A stretch of 10,761 bases of DNA from Fibrobacteria bacterium (GTDB lineage: Bacteria > Fibrobacterota > Fibrobacteria > UBA11236). The translations under genes and the position numbers were made by a program. A model generated the notes under the pieces. The model was not told the origin of the DNA, did not search any database, and worked only from the letters and a program-made list of their open reading frames with translations. The stretch covers positions 1-10,761 of the forward strand of contig JBGTHM010000078.1 in NCBI GenBank assembly GCA_041746255.1, written 5' to 3'. Below, piece after piece: positions 6,982-10,761 of this stretch. Position 1 is the stretch's first letter. Each line of letters begins with the position of its first letter.

Positions 6982-9900
6982 GAGCACTCCCGGTTTCGTT
7001 CACCTGCATGTTCACTCCCAATATTCCTTCCACTCGGGAACGGCTTCGCTGCGCGATTTGATAGCCGCCGCCAAGGCCGATGGCATGCGGGCTTTGGCGC
7101 TGACCGACACCGAGCGCATGAGCGGCCTCATCCTTTTCTACAAGCTATGCCTGGAGCAGGGCATCAAACCCATTCTGGGCGTCGAACTGCTCGATCCTAC
7201 GCATGCGGATTCCGTTCCATCCCCCCAGGCCGGTAAAAGCGAAAGACACGATCAAAACGATTCAGAGGGTGCGCCTATCGGCGGACCGAAGGCCCCTTTC
7301 TTGCGGGAAGGCTCCAAGGTCGTGCTGCTGGCCCGTAACGCGCAGGGTTATGCCGACCTGTGCGAAATCGTCACGCGCCGGCATGTCGAGCGCGGTTTTT
7401 CTTTGGCCCGGGCGTTGGCAAAGCCTTGGCCCGATCTCTTTATCCTCTGTCGGCATCCCGATCTTTTGCGGCACTTGGCGCGCACGCCTAATAAGGCGCG
7501 CCTTTTCGGCGAATTGGTGAATCACGATTTCGAAAGCCGGGCTTTAAGCCGCGAAGTGGAAACGCTATGCCGCGCCTGCGATATTCCGTTGCTTGCCAGC
7601 GGCGATATTTATTTCGCGCGTCCCGCGGAGTGGGAGACGCATCGGCTCTTGCGGGCCATCGGGCTCAACGCTTCGCTGTCGCTGCTGGAGCGCGACGATA
7701 CGGCGCCCCGCACCGCATACTTCCGCACCGAAGCGGATATGCGCCGCGCCTTTCCCAATCATGGCGAGGCTTTGCAAAATGCCGGACGCCTGGCCGATGC
7801 CTGCGTCGCCGATTTGCACGAGAAAAGTTTCGGCAAGTGGATCATGCCCGCAATCGCCGTCCCCGCGGAGCATACTCCCGAATCGTATCTCGCTCAGCTC
7901 GCCGGTGAAGGGTTACGCGAAAATTACGGAGGGTCCTCCCAGCTCGAAAAGGCCGAGTTGCTACAGGAGATGGAACTCAAGGTTATCGGCAAGCTGGGTT
8001 ATGCCTCGTATTTTCTGATGGTCAAAGAAGTGCGCGACTTCGCCAACGAACGTTTCCAGACGCGTTACCGGCGTCCGCGCGACTGCACCATCCTGCGCGG
8101 CAGCGCGGCCAATTCCCTCACCTTCTACAACCTGGGCGTCAGCGATCTCGATCCCATCCGCTACGACTTGTATTTTCAGCGCTTTCTGAACGAAGACCGC
8201 GCCTCGCCGCCCGACGCCGATCTCGACTTCGGCTGGGACGAGCGCGAAGAGGTGCTGGATTATGTGGCGGATCGTTTCGGACGCGATCGCGTGGCCATTA
8301 CCTGCACGCTCAATCATTTTCGCCGCGACGCCGCCTTTCGCGAAACCGCCAAGGTGTTCGGCTATACCGAAGCGCAGGTAACCGAAATCATGGAGAGCCA
8401 CAAGACGCGCGGCAAGCGCCTGGAAGACAGTCAGATAAGCCATATTTTGGCATTGGCCGAAACCGTGAAGGGCAAGCCCCGCTTTTTGGGACAGCATCCG
8501 GGCGGCCTCATCATCACCAACCAGCCCATTTGCCGTCACGTGGCCTGCGAATATTCGGGCGGGTTGAAAAACCGGCTCGTCACCCAGGTGGACATGCATA
8601 GCGGCATCGACGATTTGGGGCTGATTAAATTCGATTTGCTGGGAAACGGATCGCTGTCGGTATTGCGCGACACCCTCAAGCAGCTCGAGGAGCAGGGGCT
8701 GGCCGATCCCTGCGTATGGGATTTGGAAAAATGTTATCGCGACGCGCGCGTGGGGAGCATTATCGGCAAGGGGCGTACGCGGGGTATTTTTTATATCGAA
8801 AGTCCGGCGCAAACCCGGCTAAACAAAAAGGCCGACGCGCGCACCTTCGAAGAAATCACCATCACCTCCAGCCTGGTGCGTCCGGCGGGAACCGCCTATA
8901 CGCAAACCTTCGTGGAACGGCACCGCAAGATGAAAAAAGGCGTGGTCGACTGGGAATTCCTGCATCCCTCGCTGATTCCCATTCTCAAGGAAAGCCACGA
9001 TGTTTGCGCCTTCCAGGAAGATGTCACCAAAATCTGCCATCACGTGGCGGGGCTCACGTATAAGCAGGCCGACGGTGTGCGTAAGATGATGAACAGCCAG
9101 CACGAAGGGCAAGTGGAATCGGAGCAATGGAAAAAAACCGCCTCCCATTTCATCGAAGGGTGCATGAACACCAGCGGTCTCACACTTAAACAAGCGCTCA
9201 CTTTGTGGGAAAGGGTGAGTTCTTTCACCGGTTTCTCCTTTTGCAAATCGCATAGCGCCAGCTACGCCCAGCTCTCCTTTCAATGCGCTTATCTCAAGGC
9301 TTATTATCCCGCGCAATTTTTGTCCGCCGTGCTTTCCAACAACCACGGTTTCTATGCGCGCGAAGTGTATCTCGACGAAGCGCGGCGCTGGGGCCTTTCC
9401 ATTCTGCCCATGAATATCAACGAATCGCGCATCGGCTATTGGGGCAAGCATCAATGGATTCGTCCGGGGTTTATGCACCTGCGTTCCATTTCGCAGCCAA
9501 GCCTCGTAGCCGTGGTGGAGGAGCGCGCCCGGGGAGGGCCTTATTGCAACCTGCTGGACTTTTTGCGGCGCGTGCCCGTGGGGCGCAAAGAAACGGAGAA
9601 CCTAGTTCTGGTGGGGGCCTTCGACGGTTTCGGCATGAGTCAACCCGAACTGTTGTTCCTGCTGGACGAAAGTTACGGACGTCTGCGTCCCGATCGCCCG
9701 GATTTGTTCGCGGGGCAGGGTGGGGGACTGGGCTCGGCATGGGGGGCGGAGAAGGGTTGGGGCGCTAAACGGCCTCCGCTTACCGACTATTCGCGCATGC
9801 AAAAATGCATGAACGAAATGCGGCTGCTGGGTTATATGCTGTCGGGAAACGTGCTCGACATACTCGACATGCATCCCGCCGCGCGCGACGCGGTGCCCGC

Positions 9901-10276
9901 CGCCGATTTGCATCTCCATGCGGGCAAGCGCGTCAAGGTTTTCGGCAAACCCGTCACCGAGCGAATGCATCGCGTGGCCGGCAGCGGAAAAATCATGCAA
10001 TTTCTCACGCTCGAGGATAAAACTGAATGCGTGGACGTGATTTTATGGCCCGCGGTTTACGATCGTTTCGCCGATACCCTGGCGGGGTCCGGACCATTCG
10101 AAATCCGGGGGCGCGTTACCGGCGAATGGGACGCCTATTCGCTGGAAGCGGAATTCGTGCGGGCCGTGGATTTCTCGCCCAATCAAATCGATTTCGAAAC
10201 GGCTTCGGAGCGGTTGGCGGGGGCGCTTACGCAGTATCGGGCTTATGCCGACATCAAGGACATCCGTGCGGCCTGA
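6980..10276 (+). CDS. dnaE2: DNA polymerase III alpha subunit, error-prone DnaE2/ImuC type, 1098 aa
   Basis: Start taken at ATG 6980 (MSTPGFVHLHVHSQYSF, the PHP N-terminus). Motifs ALALTD, GIKPILGVE, RGSAANS, FQRFL, PDADLDF and KFDLLG (catalytic Asp triad), QHPGG, FQED, FCKSHS.SYA, YLKAYYP and OB-fold FLTLED. Assigned as DnaE2 rather than the replicase from RGSAANS, the SOS-like box and the adjacent imuB-like gene. Confidence 0.9.
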   Translation: MSTPGFVHLHVHSQYSFHSGTASLRDLIAAAKADGMRALALTDTERMSGLILFYKLCLEQGIKPILGVELLDPTHADSVPSPQAGKSERHDQNDSEGAPIGGPKAPFLREGSKVVLLARNAQGYADLCEIVTRRHVERGFSLARALAKPWPDLFILCRHPDLLRHLARTPNKARLFGELVNHDFESRALSREVETLCRACDIPLLASGDIYFARPAEWETHRLLRAIGLNASLSLLERDDTAPRTAYFRTEADMRRAFPNHGEALQNAGRLADACVADLHEKSFGKWIMPAIAVPAEHTPESYLAQLAGEGLRENYGGSSQLEKAELLQEMELKVIGKLGYASYFLMVKEVRDFANERFQTRYRRPRDCTILRGSAANSLTFYNLGVSDLDPIRYDLYFQRFLNEDRASPPDADLDFGWDEREEVLDYVADRFGRDRVAITCTLNHFRRDAAFRETAKVFGYTEAQVTEIMESHKTRGKRLEDSQISHILALAETVKGKPRFLGQHPGGLIITNQPICRHVACEYSGGLKNRLVTQVDMHSGIDDLGLIKFDLLGNGSLSVLRDTLKQLEEQGLADPCVWDLEKCYRDARVGSIIGKGRTRGIFYIESPAQTRLNKKADARTFEEITITSSLVRPAGTAYTQTFVERHRKMKKGVVDWEFLHPSLIPILKESHDVCAFQEDVTKICHHVAGLTYKQADGVRKMMNSQHEGQVESEQWKKTASHFIEGCMNTSGLTLKQALTLWERVSSFTGFSFCKSHSASYAQLSFQCAYLKAYYPAQFLSAVLSNNHGFYAREVYLDEARRWGLSILPMNINESRIGYWGKHQWIRPGFMHLRSISQPSLVAVVEERARGGPYCNLLDFLRRVPVGRKETENLVLVGAFDGFGMSQPELLFLLDESYGRLRPDRPDLFAGQGGGLGSAWGAEKGWGAKRPPLTDYSRMQKCMNEMRLLGYMLSGNVLDILDMHPAARDAVPAADLHLHAGKRVKVFGKPVTERMHRVAGSGKIMQFLTLEDKTECVDVILWPAVYDRFADTLAGSGPFEIRGRVTGEWDAYSLEAEFVRAVDFSPNQIDFETASERLAGALTQYRAYADIKDIRAA

Positions 10277-10340
10277 TTCCGAAGGGCTGCCGGCGTTGGA
10301 GCCGGGACGTGAGCCGAAGCCTGAGGCGACGCGTGAACTA

Positions 10341-10761
10341 ATGCGCGATCCGACGCCCGAACTCTGGGCCGTCTTGCGTTGCGATAACTTCGCGGCCCAG
10401 GCGCTGGCGGCGTGGGATCCCGCCCTGCGTAAAAAACCATTTGTCGTGGTGAACCAGGACGTCGAAAGCCACAAGACGCGCCTGTGCGCCCTGTCCTCGC
10501 TGGCGCGCGCGCGGGGCGTTTTCTACGGGCTGTCGCTGCCGCTATTGCGCAAGCGCTTCCCCGACGTGGAGGTGGTGGCGCGCAATCCGGAATGGGAAAG
10601 CGGCGCGCGCGAGGAGATGGACGCCTTTTTGCGCGGCTTCACGCCCGACGTGGAAGTGGGGGAGACTGGCCTGGCGGTGCTGGACCTGACGGGAACGCCC
10701 GCGTTACGGGAGATGGACCCGCCCGAGCTGGCGCGGGAACTGCGGGCGGGCCTCGCCTATC
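10341..10761 (+). CDS. imuB: Y-family polymerase homolog, ImuB-like, probably catalytically inactive; 3' end beyond the window
   Basis: Absent from the ORF track because it has no stop in the window. Manual translation: MRDPTPELWAVLRCDNFAAQALAAWDPALRKKPFVVVNQD...LCALSSLARARGVFYGLSL...RFPDVEVVARNP...FTPDVEVGETGLAVLDLTG. This is the IMS fold, with DMDAF replaced by RCDNF and SIDE replaced by ETGL. Confidence 0.85.
   Translation, partial: MRDPTPELWAVLRCDNFAAQALAAWDPALRKKPFVVVNQDVESHKTRLCALSSLARARGVFYGLSLPLLRKRFPDVEVVARNPEWESGAREEMDAFLRGFTPDVEVGETGLAVLDLTGTPALREMDPPELARELRAGLAY

Noticed and set aside
7203..10474. Many antisense and alternate-frame ORFs up to 283 aa within dnaE2 (likewise within 5505-6758)
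   Set aside because: These are expected shadow ORFs of GC-rich coding DNA, with no motifs or RBS support.
1..10761. CRISPR array, tRNA or rRNA
   Set aside because: No regularly spaced repeats or recognisable RNA gene signatures were seen.

Overview
The window has two compositionally distinct halves meeting at about 5.4-5.5 kb. The AT-richer left half (minus strand) holds a TIGR02147/DUF4423-family HTH gene that overlaps a DUF2341+LamG lipoprotein gene by 8 bp. It also holds two tandem paralogous secreted F-type-lectin (F5/8 type C) genes that share an unrecognised C-terminal domain ending in WDWL. These genes are interleaved with decayed IS21 (istB), IS3-like and ISL3 remnants. The GC-rich right half holds an orphan lipoprotein gene divergent from a damage-inducible mutagenesis cassette in non-canonical order: dnaE2 first, then a catalytically degenerate Y-family imuB-like gene that runs off the window edge. 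dnaE2 sits directly behind a sigma70-like promoter overlapped by a long palindrome of E. coli LexA-box type and is apparently near-leaderless. The TIGR02147/lipoprotein pair suggests a Fibrobacterota-like origin, but this is an inference. All family calls come from motif recognition, not database searches.
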